From the NCBI GenBank assembly GCA_003140275.1, contig PLJQ01000069.1, forward strand, positions 1-44,161: a stretch of 44,161 nt of DNA. The letters are read 5' to 3'. The stretch is from Limisphaerales bacterium. GTDB lineage: Bacteria > Verrucomicrobiota > Verrucomicrobiia > Limisphaerales > PALSA-1396. Shown piece after piece: positions 43,757 through 44,161 of this stretch (the first letter of the stretch is position 1; the number at the start of each line of letters is the position of its first letter). The position numbers and the translations under genes were made by a program. The notes beneath the pieces were generated by a model that saw nothing but the letters and a program-made list of their open reading frames with translations, made no database searches and was not told where the DNA came from.

Positions 43757-44161
43757 TCATCTCTCCACGCCCTCTTCCTTTTCCACCAGCGCGACAATTT
43801 CCCGGAGGTCCTCCACCACGGCTTCGAGTTCGGTGATGGCTTCGGCGGCGAGGTCCTGTGGTTCGGGCAATTCGTCGGCGTCTTCGAGCGAGTCGTCCTT
43901 GAGCCAGATGACATCGAGCTTGTAGCCGCGTTCCTTGATGTCAGAGATATGGAACTTGCGGAAGCGCCCAGTCTCGCCGCCATCGGTCCGTTTGCTCAAG
44001 CCGTTGGGGTCTTTGCCGTAGGCTTTTTCAAATTCTTCAAAGTGCGCCGCCGTGAGCGGGCGGTCTTTCTTGGTGATGCCGGGGACGTTGGTGCGGGCGT
44101 CGTAAATCCACACGGTCTTGGTCGGCGTCCCCTTGGTGAAGAAGACGACGTTCGCCTTGAC
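43757..44161 (-). CDS. hsdM: Type I R-M DNA methyltransferase HsdM, C-terminal 134 codons (the gene continues beyond the right edge)
   Basis: The frame is open from the window edge: VKANVVFFTKGTPTKTVWIYDARTNVPGITKKDRPLTAAHFEEFEKAYG...YKLDVIWLKDDSLEDADELPEP. This is the characteristic HsdM C-terminal tail, and it lies upstream of hsdS on the same strand. Confidence 0.85.
   Translation of the reverse strand, partial: VKANVVFFTKGTPTKTVWIYDARTNVPGITKKDRPLTAAHFEEFEKAYGKDPNGLSKRTDGGETGRFRKFHISDIKERGYKLDVIWLKDDSLEDADELPEPQDLAAEAITELEAVVEDLREIVALVEKEEGVER

Noticed and set aside
1-44161. Looked for CRISPR arrays, tRNA/rRNA genes, integrases, transposases and prophage genes
   Set aside because: I saw no regularly spaced direct repeats, no cloverleaf-like or rRNA-like segments in the intergenic gaps, and no recombinase or transposase-like ORFs. 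The only repeat families found are the three reported: the hsdS tail duplication, the REP-like doublet and the 135-nt noncoding pair.

Overview
This is a 44.2-kb, moderately GC-rich chromosomal segment. Its gene content looks like the PVC superphylum, most likely Verrucomicrobiota. That placement is an inference from four things: a PSCyt/DUF1549/DUF1553 + DUF1501 gene pair, a giant PVC-type CxxCH heme-binding dehydrogenase-like protein, several proteins with prepilin-type N-termini, and tandem sulfatases. I found no rRNA, tRNA, CRISPR array, transposase or integrase. Layout, left to right: (1) Two mirror-image paralogous triads of pseudopilin-like genes (1-1932 on the minus strand, 2427-4694 on the plus strand) flank an AT-rich divergent control region. 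The leftmost gene runs off the window and is missing from the supplied ORF track. (2) A long minus-strand gene train follows: DUF1501, PSCyt/DUF1553, a GlcD-like FAD oxidase, DUF2007, a PIN/TRAM protein, MlaD/F/E-like genes, an MsbA-like ABC exporter, a response regulator and a beta-propeller sensor kinase. (3) A 1756-aa secreted fusion protein (ThuA / beta-propeller dehydrogenase-like / HEAT / cytochrome c / ThuA) sits next to an SGNH hydrolase. (4) A MacAB-like efflux operon has duplicated FtsX-type permeases. (5) A secreted hydrolase cluster contains a PhoPQ-related protein, a BNR sialidase-like protein, two sulfatases and a beta-lactamase-family serine hydrolase. (6) The right-hand 3.6 kb (about 40.57-44.16 kb) is a small defence islet and the most interesting part. 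It is a type I R-M locus in which hsdM (partial) and hsdS are separated by a ParE-type toxin/antitoxin pair and a REP/MITE-like hairpin doublet. hsdS is followed 2 nt later by an uncharacterised 273-aa all-alpha ORF carrying an R-x4-H (HEPN-like) motif. That ORF is bracketed by a roughly 92%-identical 143-nt direct duplication of the hsdS 3' conserved region, the distal copy being an hsdS tail fragment. No hsdR is present in the window. All functional calls rest on motif and family recognition by eye, since no searches could be run.
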